Assembly: GCF_037042905.1 (NCBI RefSeq)
Contig: NC_087251.1
Coordinates: 13,766,001 to 13,830,000, forward strand
DNA from: Lytechinus pictus
Lineage: Eukaryota
DNA length: 64,000 bases
Direction of reading: 5' to 3'
Shown here: positions 38,461 through 50,900 of the stretch, one piece after another
Position numbering within the stretch: position 1 is the first letter of the stretch
Layout of the letters: each line of letters starts with the position of its first letter
Notes under the pieces: generated by a model
Seen by the model: the letters and a program-made list of their open reading frames with translations, nothing else
The model's database searches: none
Told to the model about the DNA's origin: nothing
Position numbers and translations under genes: made by a program

Positions 38461-39109
38461 TAGGCAAAGTTCACCCTGACAAAAAGTTTATTGTAAAAAT
38501 AGCAGAAAAAAAAAAAAAAAAACATTGCCGAAGGTTTGAGAAAGGTCCATCAAAGAATTAAAAAGTTATTAGAATTTCAATTATTTGATTTGTGATGTCA
38601 CATGTGAGCAGCATTCCTACATAGCGAATGGTAAAACATTAATGAAATGTCATTTTCTCAGAAAATTTTAAATGGTTTTTACTGTACCTTTTGTATATCA
38701 ATAGACAAAATCACACCTGGGTAGTGTTTCATGAAAGGACTTGTCGGACGTTTTATCCGACAAGTCCCATTTCATCCGACATTTGCCATAGTAAAATGCT
38801 TCTCAGCCAATCAAAATCAAGGAAATTTGTCAGATCTGACAACTTGTCGGACTAAAATGTTGATGAAACACTCCCCAGATCATGAAAGAAAAGAAAAATA
38901 AGTCATCAGGAACCATTAGAAAATGAAATTCATGCATTTTATATTACATAACATATGGGGCAGCTGTTTGTTTATGACATCACAAATCCAAAACTTGAAA
39001 TCCTAATCACTTAATCTTCAACAGATTTTCCTCAAACCTTCACCAATATTTTTTTAATAATTTATCTGCTATTTTTACAACAAACTATTCTTCAGGGTGA
39101 ACTTCCCCT
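38461..39109. mobile_element. Kolobok-like element containing a Harbinger MITE
   Basis: AAGTTCACCCTGA / TCAGGGTGAACTT inverted ends. The right end CCCCT|TTAA shares its TTAA with the next element. Confidence 0.65.
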
Positions 39110-39113
39110 TTAA

Positions 39114-39876
39114 CCCTCAAGCTCCCGGGGTATTTTGATTCTTGTCATTCCCGGGGGGGGGCCATTATGGCCCCCCCTTAAGATCTCGGCCGCGGATCGC
39201 GCGAGCGACGCAAAAATTTGCACGCTGGTAGTGTGTGATGTAATTTACAAGGCTGTATGGTAAAATTTTCCAAAATATTGAGATTTTATTTTATATGAAT
39301 TAATTATGCTAATTTATGCATAAATCATACTTTTTGCGCTAATTCACTAAACAAAGCTCCTAGAATGCTAATTTTTGGTAAAAATATTCTTTGTAGCATT
39401 CTTAACAATCGCAATTAAAAAAAACTTCGGTTTGGAAATCAATTTCTTATGTATTTTATTGTTTTATGAATTTCTTATGTATTTCTTTGTTTTTTTACTT
39501 TTGTTTTTTTTATTGTTTTTTCAATGGAAATCGTTCCAGACTTAGTTCTGATCATAAACAAGGCAAAATTAATTTAGTTTAATCAGTAAAAGTAGAAATA
39601 ATGATACATTTATGAATTTTGGCGAAATACACTATTTGCATTGGATTTGTACATGAAATCACGTTTATGAGCAATTTTGGGTCTGACATGCACTTATATA
39701 ATGTTGCGTAATGTCGTAACCGCGTACCCGGGCGCCACAAATTTGGTCTCAAAATTTGCGCGAGACTTGAAAGTAAAAAGTCAGTGAGCGGCGAGGTCAA
39801 AAAATTTCGCGCAGCAGATATATCGCGAAAATTGTCGAGGGGGGGCCATTATGGCCCCCCCCCGGGAGAATTAGGG
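39114..39876. mobile_element. piggyBac-like non-autonomous element (copy 2)
   Basis: TTAA|CCCT...AGGG|TTAA. Reverse-complement match to 14404-15118. Confidence 0.85.
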
Positions 39877-40091
39877 TTAAGATCTATACTATTTTACTAT
39901 GTACCTCAGTTTATCAACAGAATAAAATCAGGGTGGTTGACAGTGTTTTGGGAAGGGGGAGGGGTGCTGTCCTGAAAACAAGTCAACTGGTATTCCTTAG
40001 TGAATCATTCATCATTAATTTTTACTCAAAACTTATTCACATGTGGCTGAGAACTTGCACCAAGCTTGCCTGACTTATCAATACAAATTAA

Positions 40092-41021
40092 GGACGTTCC
40101 ACAGTTAAAGTGAAATCCATGTCATTTTCACCAAACTTTGCACATAGATACTTTAGAACCTTAATATTCGAAATATGCAAAAATTAACATAGGTCCATGT
40201 GCTTGATTTTTTGCTATAGAGCTTTAAAGTTCACCCAAACTGATGCTCTTAAGAATTGCGCATTCAAAAGAATTTGGCATTTCTAGACCGCCCAAGATTA
40301 CTACAATGAGTTTAAACCTCTATTACTCGGTCAAAGTACATGAAAAAGTCATCAGAGTTAATAATTGTATCGTTAGAATGGAGAATCTATTTATAGTGCT
40401 ATTTGTTTGCAATTTTAAGTTTAACGGCACTGTCAGTTCTTAAAAATGGCGTAATAGATAACAAAATCCCAATCTTAAAAATGTGAAGTTTCAGTAACAA
40501 ACTACAAACGTACAATAAATGCTGCACTTTATTCAAAATCCATGTCATTTTCACCAAAATTTGCAGAGTTGTAGAGGAAGGTATAGCTAAGACTCAAAGA
40601 GGTACAAACATTAAAAAATAGGGGTTCATGTGCTTGTTTTTAAACTATCAGCATTTTTATTAGAGCAAATGTGCTTTTTAAAACACCAAAAATGCGCCGA
40701 ATGCTTTGTATCTATGTGAAGAAAAAATCAAAACCACTCTACCATTTATTCAATCTCGGGGTAATATTCGTGATTCTTGGCAGCACTGCAGAGTAAAGTA
40801 TTTTGAAATTGTAGAGAATTTTTTTTAATGGTCCATGGAATAATTCCATTTTTTAGCTTCATGAAATAACGCATCGGATCTGCAGTTAAAGTGCAGAAGA
40901 TGAGAAAAATCAGCTCATACCCGCAGCTAATTAATCACCTGTTCATCCATTGTGACGTCAGCGCGCAGAGTGTAAACTATGCGCAGATCATAATGCGCGC
41001 AAACATAACTATGGAACGTCC
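40092..41021 (+). mobile_element. Kolobok-like element (copy 2)
   Basis: TTAA TSDs; colinear and near-identical with 18684-19619. Confidence 0.88.
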
Positions 41022-41095
41022 TTAAAGTATTGTTAATCATCAAGAGGTTATTGCCTAGTTCTATGTCCAACGCACAAGACTTCTTAGGCCCATGT

Positions 41096-41400
41096 GGAGC
41101 GTTGTAGCCCAGTGGATTAGTCTCCGGACTTTGAAACAGAGGGTCGTGGGTTCGAATCCCAGCCATGGCGTAATTTCCTTTGGCAAGAAATTTATCCACA
41201 TTTTGCTGCACTCAACCCAGGTGAGGTGAATGGGTACCTGGCAGGAATTTATTCCTTGAAATGCATGTGCGCTTTAATCTTAGTAATTATGGCTGCCAAG
41301 CTACAGCTGGGGTAATAATATCCAAGTCCTTTGGAAGCGCATATAGACATTATTCATAATTGTGACATGCGCTATACAAGAACTGTGTATTATTATTATA
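41096..41400 (+). mobile_element. tRNA-derived SINE (copy 2, different 3' part)
   Basis: Same head and centre as 10504; ends in (TAT)n. Confidence 0.85.
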
Positions 41401-41593
41401 CTACCTTCCCAACAATCTCTTTTTCATTTCTGCATTACTGCTAATTGGTGAATTCAAGTTCAAGGTCTGTTAAGTTTAAGCACTTCATTTTGCAGATATT
41501 TATGTATGCTTTTTAATTGATTTTTTCATTGTTACAAGATGCAACACTTTTGACGAGTGTCATTCACCCACAATTTTCTGGAGTTTACTTTAA

Positions 41594-42197
41594 AGGGATG
41601 GTCTGGGCTGAAAATATTCATATCTAAATAAATAGAGTAAAATTCACAGAGCAAAATGCTGAAAATTTCATCAAAATCAGATAACAAATAACGAAGTTAC
41701 TGAATTTTGAAGATTATCGTTAATTTGTGAAAACAGTTATAAGCACATTGTCATGAATATTCATTAGATGTGCTGATGATGTCACATCCCCACTTTCCTT
41801 TTTCTTATGTTATTACATGAAATAATAAATGATTCATTTTTTCATACATCTTTAAATGATGTGTCTCCATTATGATAAAATAAGTTGAGGCAATAAATAA
41901 CTAATGCACTTAATCAGTTGTCAATCCAATTGTTTTAGTTCTTGGTAGAAAAATTGTGACAAAATCTAATTTCATATAATAAAATACAAAAGAACAAGTG
42001 GGGATATGACATCATCAGCCCACCTAATGAATATTCATAAGGACATGCCTAGAACTGTTTCACCGGAATAATGCAAATCTTTCAAATTCAATAACTTCGT
42101 TATTTGTAATCAGATTTTGATCAAATTTTCAGCATTTTGCTTTGTTAAATTTACTCTATTTATTAAGACATAAATATCTCCAGCCTGGACCATCCCT
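41594..42197. mobile_element. Kolobok-like palindromic MITE
   Basis: TTAA|AGGGATGGTC...GACCATCCCT T TTAA, with long internal inverted arms. Confidence 0.8.
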
Positions 42198-44903
42198 TTT
42201 AAGACACTAGGCATTAATTAATCAAAAACTCTTTATCATTGACTACATTTCAAGTAATTCACCATATGAAAATGTCACTTACACAACATTTTTGGGTGAT
42301 ATTTGGTGAAAGGTGTATCTTTGAATTGAAATTTCAACCAGTTATTAAGTGATGGTAGGTGGAAGGGGTCGAAAAATCAAGATATAGATAAGCCCTTCAT
42401 CACTATTAAAATATATTTAGTTACAGAGAATGGTTTTACTATAAATTATGAGCCATGCTGACAAAGTTATGTAGTAGGTGAACAGATGATTTAATCGACA
42501 ATAGAAATTATGTAAAGGGATATATATATAGTACTGACACAAAAAAAGTCACAATTGAAAAGGGGGTGTTACTCAAAATTTGCAATCAATTTCACATCAG
42601 TTTTTTGTTCCAATAGTATTTGTTACAAAAGTAATGTCCTGCAATTGATTTCTTCTTGATTTTGGTCTGTTTCTTGCTACAGAAAATATGAATTGCTTAG
42701 CTTTAGTTAATCAACCTATTACAAATTTGAAGAAAAAAAAAAGATAATGCAATCAATTGCAAATATGTTTCTTTTAACACCCCCTTGCACTGACATAACA
42801 AATGATGGAATGTCGTAATTATAAAAGGCAGTACATCTACATCCATATCCAGTACTATGATCAGTGAACAAAAAATTAAAATTATATGTAATGTAATACT
42901 ACATAAACGTAATGCGAGCTGAAATATTTCGGATTAAAACTATGGTAAAATGCACTTTTTTTGTGTCAGTTTTGTTCTGTTCCAAGTATAACATTACTTG
43001 AATTCTGGTTTATGCATTTAAAATTGAAAAGAAACCTGAATCAAGTTTATAAGCCAATTCACATTGTTTTTCAAAGTGACATTTTCCTTTTATATTAATT
43101 ATAAAAGGCACTTGACATATTGTCATTTTATTGAACACCCTGTAGAGAATATCTGGTGCATTTGTTTGCCTGAATGCATTAGCATGTTAGCTTTCATTTG
43201 GCCATGTTTCATATACCAACCATTAAGAGCACTTTCTTGCTGTTCTTTGAATTTCATTAAAAGCATAACAATTGAAACCAGAGCAATTTACAGGGGCATG
43301 TTTGTAACTTCAAGGGAACTTTGCAGAAAAAGTTGTGTTTGAACACAGTTCAAAAAATCAATCCCAAATATACATTTTTGATAGGATGAAAATCATTTTG
43401 TAGAAAAAATCATTAGCCTCTGTATATTTTCTTGGCTTGAATAGAAAAATATTGCATGAGATTGATTTCATATTTTCTTTAAAGATTAAAAAAAAGCTGA
43501 CAAAATTGTGAACCTTTGCCACAAATTGAATTATTCCTATCTGCAATTGATATCCTTCATGAATGAAAAAACAGTGAATCACAGCTTAAAACTATTCCAA
43601 AAGGTACTAGATCCATTTCTGATAAATACTGAGGTATTCATATCTAATATTCAATCAGACATTTCGTCTTTGAACAAGAGCTTCAAACTTGAATTTCTAA
43701 CAACGTAAAAAAGCACACTTCCTAAAATCACTCTTCCATTGAAGCCTGTAGTCAATTTGGTAAATGATGCATTTTCTCTGAAGCATTATCAAAATATGGA
43801 TATAATACCTTTTGGAACTAAACTTTTTAAATAAGAAATTACCCCTGTGTCTGTGATGCATAGATATTCAAAAGGCACATTCATATATATGCATTCACAA
43901 AGATTTCATACATTCACCATACAACTAATCAATGTAATTCAAGTTGCTGTGTTGACAAGGTTACTTATGTTGCCAAGGCTACAATATTAAATATTAGAAT
44001 AATATTGCACTTTCACAAATAAAATAAATAAACACACACTAGATTCAAATATGTACAGATTATACATAATTAAAAAACAATCGTGAGAGTAGCAAACCGT
44101 TCAAATCTTTGCATTTGGCATAAGATAGTGGCTTCATTTTTTTGAGATACAGGTGAAATTTGGATACAATACCACATAAGGCATTTTTTTGTTTTGGCCA
44201 TTACAAGGCCTTGCCTTTTACATGAGAAGTTTTCATAACCAAAGCAGATAACTTTTATCTCTGATAAGCCCCAGCAGTGAGGAATTCAAACCAAGCGGGG
44301 GGTGTCACAAAGAGTGAAGTCTAAATAAAAGACAAGCTCAAATGCCAATGTGCACCTTATCACTGATTATTACACAGAGGCGTACATATCCAGAGCATAT
44401 TACCAATACTACATGTACCATGCATTGTATACTACACAAAACTGAAAATTTAGGTATGATTTTTAGTCAGACTTAAATCTTTGTGAAACATCCTGCAGGT
44501 TTGAATCTGGCATCTAAATAATGTTCCAAAATGACATAATCTGATGGACCTTGGATTCCTCGGAAAGATCAAAGGCAATCTATCTTGAGCTTCCATGGGA
44601 GTAGATTAAAATTTTCTGGCACCAGACTGAAATGTACTGAAAAAAAAAATTGCAGTGTAATTGCATCTTTAGGGGTCAGCCAAGTCTTATGCTGCACCAA
44701 ACATTGCTTTGCTTGCTTCAGGGAATGTGAGATAATCATTTTTACCACATGAGGAGATGGATTCCACATACAGCATGACAAACGGTTATTGGTCGTAAAC
44801 TGGATTCCACTCTGGATGATGGACAACACCTGTTACTTGGTAAACACTCTAATTGTGTCCAATTCTTCCATGATAGCTGATGTTAGACAGTCTTTACTAC
44901 TTT

Positions 44904-47900
44904 CTAGAGTTCTTCTGGTACAGTCTGATTGAGAAAGTTGGGTTGACTTTGTAGCTCTGTCTTTCTTCCTGCTTGGGTTGTGAGGTTGGTGCGTGATTCT
45001 AGGTATTCTCTCAGGACGGTAGGTGGGCGTGGGACTGTGGTTGGTCGACTACCCTGACTGGTATCTACAGGTGAAATTAAACCATGAATACATATAGACA
45101 AATAAAGTATTAAAATATTCAATCATTTTAACCATGTCATTATCAGGGTGTTATCGTCAACATGGTCAATAGCATTCTGACCACCACTATCATCATTTTA
45201 ATCGTTGTCATGTTTGTCTTCTTCATCATCACCATCATCAGCAGCATTAGTGGCATCATTGCCATCAGCATCATTATGATCATCATCATCATTCATTAGA
45301 TTGCCATGATGCCATCAACATCACCACAATCACCATTATCATAACCAACATCACCAGCATCAAGATCATGATTATCATCACAACCATAATCAAAATCATC
45401 ATCAACCATTATAATCATCTTAATCATCATCATCATCCTTGTCACAATCATCACAATTACAATCAAAATCATCATCAACCATTATAATTATAATTATCTA
45501 ACAGCATCATCATCACCATCATCATCCACATCATTGTCAATATCATCATCCACATCATCATAATCTCTCATCACCAATAGCACGAGTATACTCACTCGGA
45601 GGTCTTCTTTCAGCAACCGTCTCAAGGAGAGAGGCCAGCATCAGTATCTCCTGCTGGAGTTTGTCCGTGATGTCTGATACCACCTGCTCCCGATGGTCAG
45701 CACGGCGACAGAGATCAGTGATATCATCAAGGAACACCTGATCTCGCTTGGCAAACTCATCCTGCAGGGCCTTGTCCTTCTCCCAACCTACTTCTAGGTG
45801 TCCTGCACAGAAATAAAGAAGATACATAAGGTCACATTGACTTGCTATCAGCAATAGTTTCACCCTTCAGAGTAAAACAAAGGGTAGCTTAACTTGCAGA
45901 AACAACATTCACCTTTCAGTAACCTGGGCTCCATAACACAAAGCCTAGCAATTGATCAAGGAACAAATTTTTGTGAATGATTTCAGTGAAACTAATGTAC
46001 AATAAATAACACTAAACAATTTTATTGTTATCAGGACATCTTCATGCAAAGTCATATTATCATTGTGGTCACCTTGATATCTTCACACAAATCAAAACTG
46101 CCAGCATTTTATAAAAGATGCTTATTACAATGCCACAAGCCTTATTCGGATTTGACGCAACAAAATTTGACAACCTTTACCCACTGTTCACACAAGTCAA
46201 GTTCAATTTAATACCGGTACCCCACTTATGTTGCTAAAGAGTACATTATATACTTGAAATCTATTTTTAAAAAATGTCCAAATTGTGTGGACAACTCATC
46301 ACATGATTTCATTTTAACTCGTAATGACATCAGGAGGCATATTGAATGATGTCAAAAAATTGTTTGCTCATTCTATAATTTTGCATCAGCTTTTAAACAA
46401 AATTATTGGTTTGCAATAAAATTGTCTCTTGCCCCAGCAATATTTGATGCCTCATTTCCCAATAGCTTTGTACGCAAAAACCTTGTCATGCTACGTCTGA
46501 ATGACCCCATAGAAGGTAGTGAACCAAAAGAGTAATAAACCCACCTCTTTGGGAAATGACAAGATGTTTTAGGCTCTCCTCCAGGCTGCTGTGTCTTGAT
46601 ATCTGCTCTTCAATTGAAACACTCTCCTTCTTCATCTTCTCAATAGCCTGCATTCAACATCATACAAACATTCATTAATACATTTAGGTCTCAAAGCCTG
46701 TGTTCAAGAACATCATACATACACTCATTAATAATAGCCTACATTCAATAACATCATACAAACATTACTTAGCAGGTCTCAAAGCCTGTGTTCAAGAACA
46801 TCATACATGGTAAAATAAATAATACTAGTATTTTCTTATATATTGCCTAATACTTGCTTTATCCAAAGCTCCAAATTGAAACAGTCAATGTGGCTTCACT
46901 ATTTAAGTGTACAACACTCAACATGTTTTGAACACAAAATGTCTTTTTTTGTGACTCAGCATGTCGTTTTAAATAATTTTCCAATGATATATCTTAGATC
47001 AAGAGACAAGCTGTACCTCAACAGATGAGGAAAATTAAAAATCTTTGTGTGCAAACAGTTGTACTCCTAAACCCAGCACTTGGAAGCAACATTGCCCATT
47101 TGAGGATCACCATAGAAAGTAAATTGAGGATTCTCAAACTTTCATTACATTCTTATTCCATAATGATGTTTGATAAATGTTTCTTTTATTTGCTCCTCTC
47201 TACCTTTTCTTCCATTAAAGGTGATCCCCTGGATTAAATTCTCTATTTAGATATAGCATTTCAATAACTTCACTTAATTAATGTATAATCAATTTTCTTA
47301 ATGGTGTCTTCACTTTCAGTTTCTTTTACTGAGATATCTTGTACTTATATTCATATTTTTTTTCTTTTCTCTTAGCGCTTTGAAACGTCCGTATAGAGCG
47401 CTTTATAAATTTTGTACATTATTATTATTATTATCAAGAAACTTCTCAACCAACCAAGCTGACAGAAGATTAACATTTTGAATGAAAGGTGCTTAAAATA
47501 CACTGTCCTGCTTTGGCTAGGAGATATCAATCACTTACCCCTGTGAATTTGACATTCTCTTCAGTGACTGCCTTGAGTTTACGTCCAGCGTGAAAGATGT
47601 TTTCTTCCAGCTCTTGTAACTCTCTACCTTGTTCTTTCATCCTTCCCAGTGCAGCTGAACGTTGCTGTTTTAGCAAGTGTCTCAATGCCACCTGGAGGAA
47701 TCAAAATTGTCATTTCTCCTTAAATTTGGCAATCAGGAGTAACTTTAATGAAGATTAAAACCTCCCACATGCTATTCAATTATTTAATCTATAAAAGGAG
47801 TCATCTTTCAATGTTTCAAACAAATTCATGCCCCATACAATTGATGTGGACATCATCATCATCAGCCTAAGATAAACGAATGATAAGTTTTTATGAAATG

Positions 47901-50900
47901 ATTGTAAATGGATTTTATTATGTTCTTATATTATTTCATCAAGGGGCCCCTTTCACAAGCTCTGCTTCTATGGGGTCCCAAACCTTCCATGTTATATTCT
48001 CTTTGCCAACCTTTGTGCTAAATAATTGTATTATATCACTTGATTGGTTTAAATAAACTTATATCACTTATATCACACTATGAAGAAGAGAAATTTGATG
48101 ACCTATGTTAGGTCTGATATAGAAACAGGTTCTTGGGAGTATTTCATGAAGAGTCCTGTCACAGCTTTTCAACTGAAAACTTTTGGAAGATACTTTATTC
48201 ATAGCATCTGATTGGCTGAGAGCAAATTTGTCAGTGAAAATCAATGGTAAGATGCTTCATGAAAGGCTCCCCAAAGCACAATCTCAACAAAACCTAATTT
48301 AATGAATAAAAGTCAGGCACAATTGCTTGTTCTGTTTGTTTGTTAACTGTATTCTATAAAATCTCTTCCCAAAAAATGTATGCAGAAAATTAACTTTATT
48401 GTCGACTGGTAGTACTTTATTACATCAGTGACATTGGCAATCTTATCATTAGATTATTACATTTTAATCATTATCAAACCCTTACCTCACCACATAAGGG
48501 ATGTACATATTAATATTAGGAAGTGTTATTTTAGTAAACTATGGGAATCATGCAAAAGATATATTTAGAATAGATTAAGAAAGCAGTTATGGTTTAATTG
48601 TGTAAAGACATACATCAAAATCTACTACTACCATTACAAATGTACACTTAACATGCATGGTATATAAAACTGATTCTATTTCTATAACTATGTTAGTAGA
48701 ACACTGCAATCACACAAAACTTGCCAAAATGGTTAGTTAAAAACACTGATAAACAATCCAAGGAAAACATGCAAAGGGATGACTAGTCACATGACATGAA
48801 CTAAGATGATGATAATAATGATAATTATTATACTTATAATATTTTATCAGAACCTGTCTAAGTGCTCTATGATTATGCAGCATACACCCTGGCTTTAGCA
48901 GAGCATCTGTGACTTTATATAAAATGATACAGATGTATCATATGCTTTAATTAATGTTCTTCTTCATTCAAATAGATGACCAATAAAACAGAGTCAATGA
49001 AATGAAAAACAGAGATGCCTCAATCAAATTTTATACCCTCAATCTCTCACCATAGAACCGATGACATACATCAATTAGATGTATCTAATACCTAACAGCA
49101 GTCAAATGAAGTAACATCATAAATAGAGAATATCTTCACTATAAGATTTCATGCATAACAAAAATAAAATGCGCTTCTGGGGTGTTTCATGAAGAGCTTA
49201 AAGTCGTCTGATTAAAAGTGCCAACATGCACATGATATTTAACACATAATCTCATTGATTAATACATAGTAGAGCATGCCCTGCAATGTGGTGATTTAAC
49301 TGGGAAATTAAGTGCAATTTTTAGTCAGATTTAAATCTTTGTGGAACACCCCATAATTCAAATCAATACATGACACACATGTATTGACAAGACTAGGAGA
49401 GCATTGCTATAGAATCCAGTCAATTACTAGTATCCTAATGTCAAGGCACATCTACAATGAAATTGTGAAATTTACTACGGATAACACAAATTCTATTTCA
49501 CTTGCTATTCATTCAATTATTCCTAATTTACATGTCATATGTACATAAATTAGATTCACATTCCTAGAACCTTAAGGGGAAAACCCTTAAAAGGGTATAA
49601 AGCCCATGATTTTTTTTTCATTCTTGTGTTTATACATACATGTATAAACCAAATTACGGAGGCACAATATGCCCAAATATAATAAAGCACTCTTCCCAAA
49701 TATGTAGTGACAGCTGTAATATGGTACACGAATCATTGACTACATTTGACTCTACCAACATTGTAAAAGTAAATTAAAAAAGAATTTGAGTAAATATATA
49801 CTAACATGCAATAGTATGAATTTGACTACTGTACTATATGCGTATTGAAATTGTGCATTTACATGCCTATAAAAACTAATAACATGTAATTTTTATAAAA
49901 TGAAACGATAGATGAAACAGTTGATATCATGGAAAAGAGAGAATGGACCATAACTCCTTGAGTAACTGATTTATAAATATATTGACTTTCTTTGATGACA
50001 CAATTTTTTTAATTTTACAGACCACCGAGTTGATGATGATTCAGCTATTAAAGGCCCATGTCATGTTAAAATTACTACCTTTCCATAGGTATAAAAAAAA
50101 TTATAAAAATAAGCAATTTGTAATATTAATAAGGTAATTGTCCATCCTTTGCTTCCATGACAACAAAACCTCGGAAACATAAAATGTTTTCAAGATAAAG
50201 GTTTTCAAAATGTTTTTGGAACATTTTGAAAAAAGTTTTGAGTCTGCTGGGAAAGTGCTCTATGCAAGCAGAAAAATAACATTTTCAAATGAACATTGTG
50301 AATTATAGTCTAGCTACAGAAACTATGAACTTAACATAGAGAAATAGATCAAAATACTGCTCTACTCTGAAATACCTTTGAGAGACTCTTAAAGGTTTTA
50401 TTTCTGGTCTCATCCTCTGACGTGAAGAGAGATTCTCCGATGGGAGGAAGTTCAGGTAGTTTGACTTTGACCTATGTAAGGGATAAAATCTAATAGCTAT
50501 TCCAACCACAAAATCAAAAGGAATATCTCTAGAGATACAGTAAAACATAGGAATATTGCACATAAAATGCACAATAAATATTCTTGTGTGATTTGCAAAA
50601 GGTATTGATGTGCAATGTATGTTGGTTTTGTATTACATGATGACAAAATTTGAAGAACTAAGAAACATAAAAATGTAAATTATTGCTTTAGAAATTAAAG
50701 AAATATGAAAAACAGAGACTATTAAATGTAGGTGAAAAAGCAGTTGAAGAAATGTTCCATCTAAAAAGTTTAAAAGATATTCAGTCATTGTCATTTATTA
50801 AGACAATGTTCCATCATTACTATCAAACATATTGATAAAAATATATAACTGGTTGGATTCAACATAAAATGTCAATCAGCAATATAATGCAAAAATTTGC

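Noticed and set aside
45296..45478. Met/Asp-rich ORF
   Set aside because: Translation of the (CAT)n microsatellite.
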